A stretch of DNA of 63,959 nucleotides, filler included, from Octopus bimaculoides (lineage: Eukaryota): the NCBI RefSeq assembly GCF_001194135.2. It is 9 parts of 9 records of this genome, joined end to end, with 100 filler letters (N's around TTAATTAATTAA, not from the genome) between each part and the next. Parts side by side here need not be neighbours in the genome. Positions count along the whole stretch, not along the records: positions 1 to 22,958 come from NC_068997.1; positions 23,059 to 26,610 come from NW_026396374.1; 7 more parts are not named here. One strand, 5' to 3'. Numbering within the stretch: position 1 is the stretch's first letter; the number at the start of each line of letters is the position of its first letter. The translations under genes and the position numbers were made by a program. The notes beneath the pieces were generated by a model. It saw nothing but the letters and a program-made list of their open reading frames with translations. It had not been told where the DNA came from and did no database searches. Positions 12,831 to 24,371 of this stretch are shown here, one piece after another.

Positions 12831-13637
12831 GTGTACCATTGGCATGTATGAACGAGAAATGCAGCAACAAAATCATTAACAATGAATTTAGGTGGAACCT
12901 ATCCTCATAGGTATACACATATACTTGCCGTACTCCCTATCTACCTACCTATATACATACACACACGCATATACATACATGCATACATACATACATGCAT
13001 ACATGCATACATACATACATACATGCATACATACATGCATTCATACATGCATAAATACCTATCTACAAACATACATGCATGCATATATACGTAGATATAT
13101 ACATGCATATATACACATGTTTTGTGTGTGCTCGTCTTTGTGTGTCTAAGCGACCCTCTATGTTGTTGTATATGTATTTGTATAGATCTATCTTTTTCTC
13201 CCTCAAACAATATATATTTGTTACGATTTAGTCCATTTGCAATATTCAGATAGACCATTCGGTACTTGTGCTCTGTATGACCATCCCCTACTAATATTTG
13301 TATATTCGGGTATATTTCTTTTTATATTTATTTTCCAACTGCTAATGCTTTCTCTCAATCTATTCACAGACTGACCATTTCCAAAGACACCCATTTTTAT
13401 ATTTTTCTTACATTCCTCTCCTTCTCTTCTCTACTCTCTTTCTCTCCTCTCCTCCATTGTTTTGAAGAGTATGTTTTTTCTCTTTATCATTTCTCTTAAA
13501 TATGATATAATTTCAAAATATTTTCTTCACGTTTTACAGACTGACATTTCTAAAGGCACCCTTTTTTCAATTTCTCCTACATCTCCTCCCTCTCTCGTGT
13601 GCTCCCTCTTTCTCTCCACGCTTACTTTCTGTCTCTC
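12749..13637 (+). repeat. Local duplicated segment, copy 2
   Basis: Colinear with 8511-9813, without the foldback insertion. Confidence 0.9.
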
Positions 13638-13689
13638 ATTGAGTCCCCCGTGTCATAATTAATCCCCAAACATAACAGCCATAGGAATG

Positions 13690-14300
13690 GTTTCAATAAC
13701 ATCTCTTACCTTTTCTTTGTTAATGATCTGAAGCAGTATGAGCCAAATATTAATCACGATAAAGAACAACTGGATTTCATAATCCATTTCTCAATAGATA
13801 AAGGCATGAAATTTTTGAGTCCGAATGTGCACTTTGTAAGACAAAATTTGGTAACCTTTTACCCTTTCTCCAACACACTAAACATCAACCACCTAGAAAT
13901 ACAGCCTCAGCTCTCTGGCAAAAGTTACAAATGTCTTGAACAGGATGAGAATGTCGGACCCGTCAATAAGTAGAAAACAAAATATAAGTACTTGAAGTGG
14001 GTAAAAAACTATGGTCATCTGAACTCTCAGCTTACAACACGTATACTGCTCCTTTGCAGTGTTTTTCCTCACACCTATACTATACCTTCTGAGCTGGTCA
14101 CTATCAGAACTCAGTGAGATACATATAGAACCCATGAGCTGCTAGATGGTACAAAAACTTCAAATTCATTGGAGATCTTGATAGGCTATACTTCTCAAGC
14201 AAGGATGGTGACCGTCGTCTCAAACCTGCATTTGTGTCATATGAAGTACGTATTGTGACACAAAACTAACGTCTGCAACAGAGGAAAGAGACCAGCTTCT
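13690..14300 (+). pseudogene. R4/Dong-clade LINE reverse transcriptase fragment
   Basis: Translates as NISYLFFVNDLKQY...FSIDKGMKF, KSYKCLEQDENVGPVNK and GDLDRLYFSSKDGDRRLK...YEVRIV, matching ISHLLFVDDLKLY / YKYLGQDEN / DRLYxxRKxGGRGL of R4-type RTs. Confidence 0.8.
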
Positions 14301-14453
14301 ATCATGGCTGAGTCAATATAAAAGGAATCAACAATAATGAGGAAAGTACAAAAGATAAATGGATCATCATCAAATAGAGAAACGAACTAGGGCAATGTTT
14401 AGATTTGAGCTTTCAGCATTTAACACAATTGTTTACTTAAGTAGTTAAGGTAG

Positions 14454-14597
14454 TGTTGTATTCCTCTCGGGGGACTCGCAGAGAAAAGACAACGAGTTGT
14501 ACAATTTAGTTATTACATTTATTTACTAATTATATACAAAGAACGCACTCACCGAATGTTCGTTATTAATAAACAAGAATCATGTCCTTGCCATATA
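14454..14597 (-). repeat. 3' LTR, partial (about 145 of 234 bp)
   Basis: Matches 17437-17581 with 4 substitutions counted by eye. Confidence 0.92.
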
Positions 14598-15506
14598 CAG
14601 CACTCACCGTGGAGTACTCCTGCAGCAACGACTCCCTTTCGGAATCAAGTCAGCACCTGGTTACTTTCAGGAGATCATGGAAAACCTGACCCATGATCTA
14701 GGACGACATGCTCGTCAGTGGGAAAGATGCAAACAGTCACCTAAACAACCTAAAGCGTCTTCTCACACGTTTAAGCGACAATGGACTCAGATGTCGCCGT
14801 GAAAAGTGCCACTTTGCACTACCAGTGTAGAATACCTTGGACACATTTTATCGGCTGAAGGGATCACGAAGAGATCCAAGGTCGAAGCAGTCTTAAAGAT
14901 GCCATCTCTAGCGAACGAATCAAGCTTGAAATCTTTCCTAGGTTCAGTTCAATTTTATGGAAAGTTTATCCCAAACCTAGCCAGTATAGCAGAGCCACTC
15001 TATTGCCTTACGAAAAAGTCAACTATTTGGAAGTGGGGAGATGAGGAACAGTCAGTTTTTGATCATTTGAAAAATGTACCTTCATCGAGTCAAGTTCTGA
15101 TACACTTCGATCCAAACAAAACTTTGGGAGTGGCTTGCGACGCATCAAACTTTGGTATTGGAGCAGTCCTGTTTCACCGCTATCCTAATGGAAGCGAGCG
15201 CCCAATATCCAATATGTCGAAGACTTTCACTTCTGCATAGCGTAACTACAGCCAAATTCAAAAGGAAGCCCTGGCTATCATATTTGGCTTGCAGAAGTTT
15301 TACCAGTATTTGTACGGTCGTAAATTCGTACTCGTGACTGACCACAAGCCACTGACATCACTGTTTAGTCCGAAGAAAGGGACGCCACTTCTCGCTGCTA
15401 ACAGACTAGCACGGTGGGCCCTGTGGTTGAACCAGTTTGACTACACCATTGAATATCGGAAATCAGCAGATCATGGCAATGCAGATGCCCTCAGTCGCTT
15501 GCCATT
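14598..15506 (+). pseudogene. Gypsy pol segment (RT C-terminal half + RNase H), inverted relative to the rest of the element
   Basis: STHRGVLLQQRLPFGIKSAPGYFQEIM, DDMLVSG (YxDD motif broken by a small deletion), VACDASNFGIGAVL, LVTDHKPL, NADALSRLP on the plus strand. Confidence 0.92.
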
Positions 15507-16420
15507 CGGTGAGTGCTGAGTGTGAGTCTGCGTTGACTCTCTGGAGCCAGCTTGATCTGATTATAGGCATCAGCAAGGTCAATCTTTGTATATCCGAATC
15601 CACCTCCGAGTTTCTGCATCAGTTCAACAGGGAGTGGCATTGGATGACGGTGATCTGCAAGCTGGTCATTGATTCCCACAGAGTAGTCACCACAAATCCG
15701 TAGTTTGGGCTTCAGGTTGCTTGAATCGGTACCACTGGCGTTCCGTATTCGTTGAACTGGACTGGCTTCCAGATTCACTTGGTGATGCCTTCTTCGTAAC
15801 CTTTGGGCAGGTCATCACGAAGAGCAAACGGAACCGGACGTGCCTTGTGAAAGACTGGTGTTGCGTCCGATTTGAACTTCACTTCCAGTTCAAAGTTCTT
15901 GAGACATCCCAATTCTTGCTTGAAAAGATCTGGGAATTCATCACACATGTTGTGACAATCTTGTTGCAGGGAAACATAGGGCTCACTTGAGGTCTTTGGA
16001 TATATCACTTCAGCACCTTCCCTCTTGGCTTGGCTGTCTATGCTTTTCAAACCTAGAGCAGTGTCCACGGAAATTCCCAGGGTGTGGATAGTATTTCGTC
16101 CCAGCAAATTAAGATCAGAGATCTTGGTGAGGATGTAAGGTATTAGATTCTGCTTACCGGTTGTTGGATCCTTGGTTTGGCCCATGAAAGTTCCTAGAAC
16201 AGGCAGGTCGTGCTTGCTGGCAGATTCATGGCGATGCTTGACATCTTGCAGCTTTGGTTTTCCAAGCTCTTTCTAGACTGACAAGAAACAAAATTGCCTG
16301 TAGTGGCAGTGTCCAATTCCATTGTGAACAGTCTGTTTTGGATTGTTATTGGCACAATCAAACTATGAGTATCTCGGGAAACTTCGCCTAGGATCGCCTT
16401 GACTAGCTCAGCTTTTGTGA
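15507..16420 (-). pseudogene. Gypsy aspartic protease and RT N-terminal half
   Basis: MELDTATTGNFVS (protease), NLLGRNTI, PVFHKARPVPFALR, LRICGDYS, TKIDLADAYNQI...STHR. Frameshifted. Confidence 0.9.
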
Positions 16421-17369
16421 TTCTCTTCACGGGAGTTTGTGATTGACCATTGCGTTTCTGATGTTGCTTTTTTCTACACACCGCTTGCAAATGTCCCTTT
16501 TTGTCACAAAAATGACATTTGGTTTCTCTGAAAGGACAGTCTGTTGCTTTGTGGGCCTTTCCACATCGGTAGCATTTCTCCTGGTTTGTGGAATAAGACT
16601 GCTGATGGTTCTTTTGAGGACTCTTATTCTTGTTCTGTTGGACCTCGTAGACTTGCTTGGTTTTGGAACCGTATACAGTTTATTTTGCAACCTTTGCTGC
16701 GTCTTCAGTCTCGATGGCAACTTGGACAGCACGGGCAAAATCTAGTTCGGTATCTTTGATCTTAAAAAGCGCCTTCAGAACCGCTTCATTGTTGACCGAA
16801 CATATGAATCTCTGTCTCAGAGCTTCATCCTGTGGGTTGGTGATCGATGGAAAATCACAGGTAGCCGCATCCTGACGTATACGTGCTGCCGGCTCCTGGA
16901 GAGTTTCGCCTGGCTTCCGTTGCATATCACTCCAAAACTTGAAACGCTCTCTCACAATGAAAAGTTTTGGGTCGAACTGTACCTTCATGAAGTCAACGAT
17001 TTCGTCCATTGTCAAGTTGTTGATATCTTTAGGCGGATTTTGTTGAGTAGCCAGATTAGCAAGTTGCTTGTAAATAGTAGCGGTCTGATTGGTCAGGAAC
17101 ACTTATGCCATGCGTTGTTCAGGTACAGCATTAGCAGCCACAAACGTGCGGAATCTTGACCAGTAATCAGGCCATAGTTCTGTCGTTGAATCAAATGCAG
17201 CAAATGGTGGAATCGACAGTTGTCGAAGCAGCTGAAAAATTGCCACTGGAACTTGTCGAGCACCAAACTGTTTTAACAGAGTTTCCATATCTCTCTTATG
17301 TTGTTGCATTTGCTGTTCCATTTGTTCCCTAAACAATTTTATAAGCTTTACTGTCTGTTTTTCAGCCAT
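16421..17369 (-). pseudogene. Gypsy gag with two CCHC zinc knuckles
   Basis: Starts MAEKQTVKLIKLFREQ (ATG at 17367-17369). Contains RERFKFWSDMQRKPGET and CYRCGKAHKATDC...CHFCDKKGHLQAVC (the second knuckle frameshifted). Confidence 0.88.
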
Positions 17370-17410
17370 TGTTATTACGATGAACAATTTTACGGCAAAG
17401 TATGCATGTA

Positions 17411-17428
17411 ATCCTATCGGCGACGCCA
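17411..17428 (-). promoter_or_regulatory. Primer-binding site, probably for a tRNA-Ser
   Basis: TGGCGTCGCCGATAGGAT, 8 nt inside the 5' LTR. It is complementary to a tRNA 3' end reading ...ATCCTATCGGCGACGCCA, with a G discriminator as in serine tRNAs. Confidence 0.7.
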
Positions 17429-17436
17429 ATAAACTC

Positions 17437-17670
17437 TGTTGTATTCCTCTCGGGGGACTCGCAGAGAAAAGACAACGAGTTGTACAATTTAATTAATACA
17501 TTTATTTACTAATTATATACAAAGAACGCACTCACCTAATGTTCGTTATTAATAAACAAGAATCATGTCCTCGCCATATATATCAATAACATTCGACTTC
17601 AATAGTCATTCAAAACAACAACGAAAACAGGGACCTCAGACGAACGACAATTCTAACAGTCCACATAACA
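17437..17670 (-). repeat. 5' LTR (234 bp)
   Basis: tgttgta...cataaca, bounded by the PBS and the TSD. Confidence 0.93.
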
Positions 17671-18623
17671 GGTAGTATCTTAATGAATAAGACATTTATT
17701 ATTAGTGGTAACACTTCGAAGAGTGTCAACAAGAAATCGTAAAATTTGGGTGACTGATTTTCATTTACTCCATCATTTATGGAAAATATGAAACAGAAAC
17801 ATATTTATGCAGGTTCTACCATGTATATGCAATGGTAATCCACTCGCAACCATTAATGACCAGTGTCCAGGCAAAATGCCGGCAATACCCGTGCATGAGG
17901 TTCTTGCACCCATTGTCGGCTTCACAAACGTACACGCCCGCTGCGCCTTTCTACTGGACCGGGTATCAGAGAGTCTCCTGGTTGGCAATTGCACAACCTA
18001 CACTCTTAGGTCCAATAAAGCTTGCACAACACCTCACAGACCCTCTTCACCACCCGTCTTTGATGATCCAGAGAAAAACCAACGCAAGATATCAAGTGCA
18101 ACAACGGGTCGCAGGCCCGTTGTTGCACTGGATATGGAGGACCATACTCACAAATGCAAACAAAAGATCTTTAAAATGTTCAATGCCGTTCCCTACATAT
18201 TTTTGATTCAGAGTGACTTTCTCCAAGTGGTCTTCCAATTCACCGGACACCAACGCGGGATTTCTGAGGTCCAGTACTATGCAAGATAGTTGTTGAACAT
18301 AAACAAGGTTCATCTACCCTTTGGCAAGTCTTGTTTTTAGTCCTGCTAGGTTTCTAGTATCCCTCCTGATCAGGCAAGCCTAGTGGTGAAGCCGGTTGAG
18401 TTTCGTCGATTACTCGACCATGCAACAACTTTACTGGATTCCATGTTACTGGTAGCACTCATGAGAAACCTCACATGACACACACCCACAGTAAGAAAAT
18501 TCAATGAAGAGATTTTCCCCGCGTGATAAGTTGAAGGGAGCGGGAAAAATCAAATATATAATAAAAGAAGGAAAATGCACATAATCTATATACTGTTAAC
18601 ATTTTATAATAGAGTATTATCAT

Positions 18624-18657
18624 AGTCTACCGGTTTCGCGTTTTGCTAATCATGACT
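18624..18657 (-). ncRNA. Decayed minimal hammerhead ribozyme (CUG of the core missing)
   Basis: Minus strand: agtc [ctg]ATGA ttagcaaaacgc GAAA ccggt A gact. Stem I agtc/gact; palindromic stem III accggt. Confidence 0.4.
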
Positions 18658-18954
18658 GGGAAATCAGTGGAAATACTACAATTTCGTAGCATTTTAAGGA
18701 GTTTTTAGTCCATTTTGTTTGCATTAGAGATTGCTTGTAAATGAACCAGTATGTCAAAAAATCTAAGAAGAGGTAATTGGTGATTGTTATTTCTCGCGGG
18801 AACACTTTTTGTGGGTTACACTTTTTGGGGAGGGTAAATTTACAGTATTTTACTACGAAGTTATATATTGGTGAATGAAAATAGTGAAAAAACAAATATG
18901 TACAAAGTTGGTTATGCGTTCATGAATTAAAATATTTACAAAATCAAAAATTGG

Positions 18955-19290
18955 TTATGCGTTCATATTCAGACACGGTTTGTATTTTTCACATTATTTA
19001 ATCATTCTTGTATAGAGATTGTTTCCTTGCACTTGTAGAAGGGGAAAACTGTGAAGTTTGTTTAGAAATTCCCTACACATCTCTATGTGTTCGCTGAATG
19101 GTAGCTATTTATACCTTGGGAAATTAATATTTTCCTCAAGTATAGTTCTCCGTCTAAGTGGCGTCTTTGTTTCGCCTATATAATTGTGTCCACATCCTGA
19201 ACAAATTAATACATTAAAAAAAACTTGGCATGCACAAGTGAAATTAATCCTAATTGTAAATCTCTGTCGTTTTTTGAAGTGAATTCCGAA
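18955..19290 (-). pseudogene. Penelope-like element, GIY-YIG endonuclease 3' fragment
   Basis: FTCACQVFFNVLICSGCGHNYIGETKTPLRRR followed by FYKCKETISIQE and KYKPCLN; homologous to 28260-28365. Confidence 0.8.
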
Positions 19291-19361
19291 CCATCCAGTA
19301 GGTTGAAGCATGTATGTATGTATGTATGTATGTATGTAGGTAGGTAGGTAGGTAGGTAGGT

Positions 19362-19749
19362 GTGGAGGTGCAATGGCCCAGCGGTTAGGGCAGCGGACTC
19401 GCGGTCTTAGGATCGCGGTTTCCATTCCCAGACCGGGCGTTGTGAGTGTTTATTGAGCGAAAACACCTAAAGCACCACGAGGTTCCGGCAGGGGATGGTG
19501 GCGAACCCTGCTGTACTCTTCCACCACAACTTTCTCTCACTCATTCTTCCTGTTTCTGTTGTGCCTGTAATTAAAAGGGTCAGCCTTGTCAAACTGTGTC
19601 ACGCTGAATATCCCCGAGAACTGCGTTAATGGTACACGTGTCTGTGGAGTGCTCAGCCACTTGCACGTTAATTTCACGATCAGGCTGTTCCGTTGATCGG
19701 ATCAACTGGAACCCTCTACGTCGTAAGCGACGGAGTGCCAACAGCAACA
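19362..19749 (+). mobile_element. tRNA-derived SINE family B, full length, inserted in (GTAG)n
   Basis: Box A tggcccagcgg and box B ggtttccattccc; AAC-type tail; high similarity to 42040-42432. Confidence 0.92.
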
Positions 19750-20000
19750 GGTAGGTAGGTAGGTAGTTAGGGTAGGTAGGTAGGTAGGTAGGTAGGTAGG
19801 TAGGTAGGTAGGTAGGTAGGTAGGTAGGTAGGATTCATTGATTCATTTTATCACTGTGTATGTATATCTCGGTATATGTCTCTATCTATCTCAGAGGATG
19901 AGGATGAGGATGAGGGTGTATGTGTATATATAGGTATAGCTATACTTTTGCCATATATCTTGTTGACGTACAATCTTTGCACTACTTGAGCATCTTATAA

Positions 20001-20250
20001 TCTATATATGTGAGCATGAGATTGTGTGTCTGTCTGTGTGTTTGTGTGAATTCCTAAAACTTGAGAACTACACAACCAATTTCATTCAAATTTTACGCAT
20101 GCATTACTCAGGGTCTAAGTAGTGTCATAGGCCAAAGCTTTTTAACTTCTTGACTAGTGCAAGCTCAGAGCAATATCATATCTCCTCCACTATTTCAGTA
20201 TTACGTGTCAAAAGTGAAACAAGAACATCTCCATATTGTAATGTCAAATA
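20001..20250 (+). mobile_element. Non-autonomous Helitron-like 5' end
   Basis: TCTATATAT start, (GT)-rich tract, then aactacacaaccaatttcattcaaatttt, typical of animal non-autonomous Helitrons. No 3' hairpin/CTAG found. Confidence 0.45.
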
Positions 20251-20264
20251 TGTGTATATTCATA

Positions 20265-20530
20265 TCTATTATATAAAAGTCAATGTCTTTATGTGTGTTC
20301 ATGTCTTACTTAAACATTCGAAAACTACTGCACCCATCCTAATGAAATTTCGAGCACAAAATCCAAGCCTAGGGAGAAGGGTAATGCTGTGCGTTTCATA
20401 CAATTTCATGGACCAAAATTACTGAATGGATCCTTATGATATNNNNNNNNNNGAAGTAATATTTCTAAAATTTTATCTATTTAGAAGTTAGAAAGACCCC
20501 TTAATGCGGACTTAGCACCCAAAATTTAGT
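20265..20530 (+). mobile_element. Second Helitron-like 5' end
   Basis: TCTATTATATAAAAGTCAATGTC...aaaactactgcacccatcctaatgaaattt. The 3' end is not recognised. Confidence 0.45.
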
Positions 20531-22321
20531 AATTTTATCTAAGCAAAGACGAATACAGTTGTACTCTTGGAAGCTGTAGGGTCACCCGAGCATAAAATAT
20601 GAGCGTTATTTGTAATTCAATGGTACAACAGTGTACGTGTTTGCTTTGAGATATACTTACATTGTGATTTCTGCATTGTGGTGCATAAATTGTCAAGTAA
20701 ATGAGAGGCATTTTTGCCTCCACTGATTCAGTTGCAAAGTATTCAGTAAAGTTATTTGGTTGCAGACCTCCCATGAGTCTTTTTATTATCACTGGGTTAT
20801 ACATAGTCCACCGATAGTAACATTGATTACAAAGCCTTCCCAAATGATTGACTGGTTATTCAAAGACATTTATAGATTGCAAATTTATTCTATCCAGTTA
20901 CCTATCAGTATAGTGGTCATTTGCAAACTCCAGAGGTGACACTTTCATTTCCCATTAGCCCTCACGTCACACAGTTGTTAATGTTTCAGATGGGTCACGC
21001 CCTTACATTTGCTATTGATCCATAATGCATCTTACAGCTGTACCTGTCACCTGTATGGTGAGGAATCCTACACTGGGGGAGTAGTAACAACTAGGGTAGG
21101 GTAGCTGACTGTTTATTGTGATCATTCGTCTTTTGGTTTCCTGTAGCTTCGCTCTCTTTTACAAACCCAATGAACATACAAACACTTCCTATTTCAAAGA
21201 AATTCGAACAATACATATAAGACCCAAGTTCAAAAGATTCTCAACAATTCAACTTCTCTTGTTGACATTAAGACACCCACCCGCAATTGCCACATTTTAG
21301 AGCTCCATGACATCCATTTTTCAAGAGCAAAATCCTTTTAACAGGTTCCATAAGACTAGAATTTTGGATTCTGTGTATAAAGATCAGTAGTATGGGATTA
21401 CATGTATCATGATTAGAATTTTTTAGGGTGTGCAAAGAGGGAAAGAACCCTCATCTGCAATTTTGATGAAATTCCAATCATAGGTATTCCAGTTCATTGA
21501 GAAAATATAACAGAAAAGTCTAATTTTTCAATTGCATGTAACNNNNNNNNNNNNNNNNNNNNNNNNNNNNNNNNNNNNNNNNNNNNNNNNNNNNNNNNNN
21601 NNNNNNNNNNNNNNNNNNNNNNNNNNNNNNNNNNNNNNNNNNNNNNNNNNNNNNNNNNNNNNNNNNNNNNNNNNNNNNNNNNNNNNNNNNNNNNNNNNNN
21701 NNNNNNNNNNNNNNNNNNNNNNNNNNNNNNNNNNNNNNNNNNNNNNNNNNNNNNNNNNNNNNNNNNNNNNNNNNNNNNNNNNNNNNNNNNNNNNNNNNNN
21801 NNNNNNNNNNNNNNNNNNNNNNNNNNNNNNNNNNNNNNNNNNNNNNNNNNNNNNNNNNNNNNNNNNNNNNNNNNNNNNNNNNNNNNNNNNNNNNNNNNNN
21901 NNNNNNNNNNNNNNNNNNNNNNNNNNNNNNNNNNNNNNNNNNNNNNNNNNNNNNNNNNNNNNNNNNNNNNNNNNNNNNNNNNNNNNNNNNNNNNNNNNNN
22001 NNNNNNNNNNNNNNNNNNNNNNNNNNNNNNNNNNNNNNNNNNNNNNNNNNNNNNNNNNNNNNNNNNNNNNNNNNNNNNNNNNNNNNNNNNNNNNNNNNNN
22101 NNNNNNNNNNNNNNNNNNNNNNNNNNNNNNNNNNNNNNNNNNNNNNNNNNNNNNNNNNNNNNNNNNNNNNNNNNNNNNNNNNNNNNNNNNNNNNNNNNNN
22201 NATTTTAATCTAAAATTTTAAACTTTAGATTAAATATTGATATGGTATATGCCTCACAGCATGGATTTAGACGGGTTCTTAGTTGACTGAGTTGTAGAGT
22301 GGTAGTTCGTTTCTAAATTAG

Positions 22322-22362
<41 letters not shown>

Positions 22363-22450
22363 CAAACAAAAAGATAGATTGATAGATACAATTGAGTAGG
22401 CAAAGAAAAATATGAGACACTGCCTAGTGCTTTTCTTTTTATTTTGATAA

Positions 22451-22760
22451 GGCTAGTACTTATTCTATCAGTTTCTTCCTGTCAAACCAGTAAGTTATGG
22501 TGATGTAAATAAACGAGCAGCAGATGTGAAGCAATGATGAGGGAGAAACACAGAGACAAAGGCACACACATACACATACATATATACATACATATCTATA
22601 TACGATTGATTTCTTTCAGTGTCTGTCTACAAAATCCACTCACAAGGCTTTGGTTGGTCTGAGGTTTTATCAGAAGACACATGCCAATTCACAGTAGTAC
22701 TGAACCCAGGACCATATGTTTTGGAAACAAGTTTCTTACCACCCAGCCACACCTGCACTT
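22451..22760 (-). mobile_element. SINE family A, diverged copy
   Basis: Colinear with 46970-47378. Confidence 0.8.
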
Positions 22761-23002
22761 ATGTATATGTGCGTGTATGTGTGTGTATGGGTGTATATAT
22801 GCATGCGTGTATATACGTGTATATATATGTGTACACATTACATGTAAATCTATATATATACACCTACACAAATACATGTATACATATACATCTATATTTA
22901 CATATATGCATATATATATACCTACATCTATACATATACATCTATACAGGTATACATANNNNNNNNNNNNNNNNNNNNNNNNNNNNNNNNNNNNNNNNNN
23001 NN

Positions 23003-23014
23003 TTAATTAATTAA
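23003..23014. other. Artificial scaffold-join spacer TTAATTAATTAA (also at 26655, 29175, 40913, 44641, 47977, 59085, 62659)
   Basis: Identical 12-mer with stops in all six frames, embedded in N runs (44 N + 12 + 44 N = 100 bp where counted, at 22959-23058). Confidence 0.95.
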
Positions 23015-24320
23015 NNNNNNNNNNNNNNNNNNNNNNNNNNNNNNNNNNNNNNNNNNNNACATACACACAAGTACATACACACGAGTACATACACAGACGT
23101 ACATACACATACATGTATGTGTATGAGTAAATGTTTGTGTATATACATATACGTGTGTGTGTATGTGTGTGTGTGTGTATCTGTGTCTGAGTGAGAGTGC
23201 GTGTGCGTATGTATTTGTATGTTTATATATGTGTGTGTGCGTGCGTGTGTGCACAGTTGTGTGTCCATCATAAAGATTGTCAATTTATTAGTAGCTTCTC
23301 TCCTTCTTCCTCCCCCTCTCCTTCTCTCTGACTACTCCCCACCTTCACTCTTTTCCTCTCCCCATCCCCTTGCCCCCGCCTCCCCCCTCTCTCATCTACA
23401 TTTACCAATTATAATGATCCCTTTGCCGGCCATTGTTAAACAGTCGTGTGACAGACACCTGAACATCACACGGATCTGGCCACTCCACTTCAAAGATCGA
23501 TGTTATTGGTATTGTTAGTGACATTGTACTTATTATTATTATTGTTGTTGTTGTTGNNNNNNNNNNNNNNNNNNNNNNNNNNNNNNNNNNNNNNNNNNNN
23601 NNNNNNNNNNNNNNNNNNNNNNNNNNNNNNNNNNNNNNNNNNNNNNNNNNNNNNNNNNNNNNNNNNNNNNNNNNNNNNNNNNNNNNNNNNNNNNNNNNNN
23701 NNNNNNNNNNNNNNNNNNNNNNNNNNNNNNNNNNNNNNNNNNNNNNNNNNNNNNNNNNNNNNNNNNNNNNNNNNNNNNNNNNNNNNNNNNNNNNNNNNNN
23801 NNNNNNNNNNNNNNNNNNNNNNNNNNNNNNNNNNNNNNNNNNNNNNNNNNNNNNNNNNNNNNNNNNNNNNNNNNNNNNNNNNNNNNNNNNNNNNNNNNNN
23901 NNNNNNNNNNNNNNNNNNNNNNNNNNNNNNNNNNNNNNNNNNNNNNNNNNNNNNNNNNNNNNNNNNNNNNNNNNNNNNNNNNNNNNNNNNNNNNNNNNNN
24001 NNNNNNNNNNNNNNNNNNNNNNNNNNNNNNNNNNNNNNNNNNNNNNNNNNNNNNNNNNNNNNNNNNNNNNNNNNNNNNNNNNNNNNNNNNNNNNNNNNNN
24101 NNNNNNNNNNNNNNNNNNNNNNNNNNNNNNNNNNNNNNNNNNNNNNNNNNNNNNNNNNNNNNNNNNNNNNNNNNNNNNNNNNNNNNNNNNNNNNNNNNNN
24201 NNNNNTTTGAGCCTTTGTACCTCCAGTGGAAAGGATTATGATAGTTATGGTCGTAGTTTATTGGTGGGGGTCAGTAGTTATGGGAAGTTTGTTGTTGTTG
24301 TTATTACTATTTATTATTAT

Positions 24321-24371
24321 TAAGGCGGCGAGCTGGCAGAATCGTTAGCACGCCGGGCAAAATGCTTAGCG
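24321..24371 (+). mobile_element. SINE family C head, interrupted by a MITE
   Basis: taaggcggcgagctggcagaatcgttagcacgccgggcaaaatgcttagcg matches the head of 50890-51119. Confidence 0.8.

Larger units (their letters stand above)
14454..17670 (-). mobile_element. Ty3/gypsy LTR retrotransposon, defective, internally inverted and lacking integrase
   Basis: TGT...ACA termini; 5-bp TSD GGTAG at 14449-14453 and 17671-17675; gag, protease, RT and RNase H homology. Confidence 0.95.

Noticed and set aside
20535-20860. 102-aa minus-strand ORF with a gtaagt donor (GRLCNQCYYRW...)
   Set aside because: No recognisable homology, weak acceptors and no phase-linked partner that I can support.
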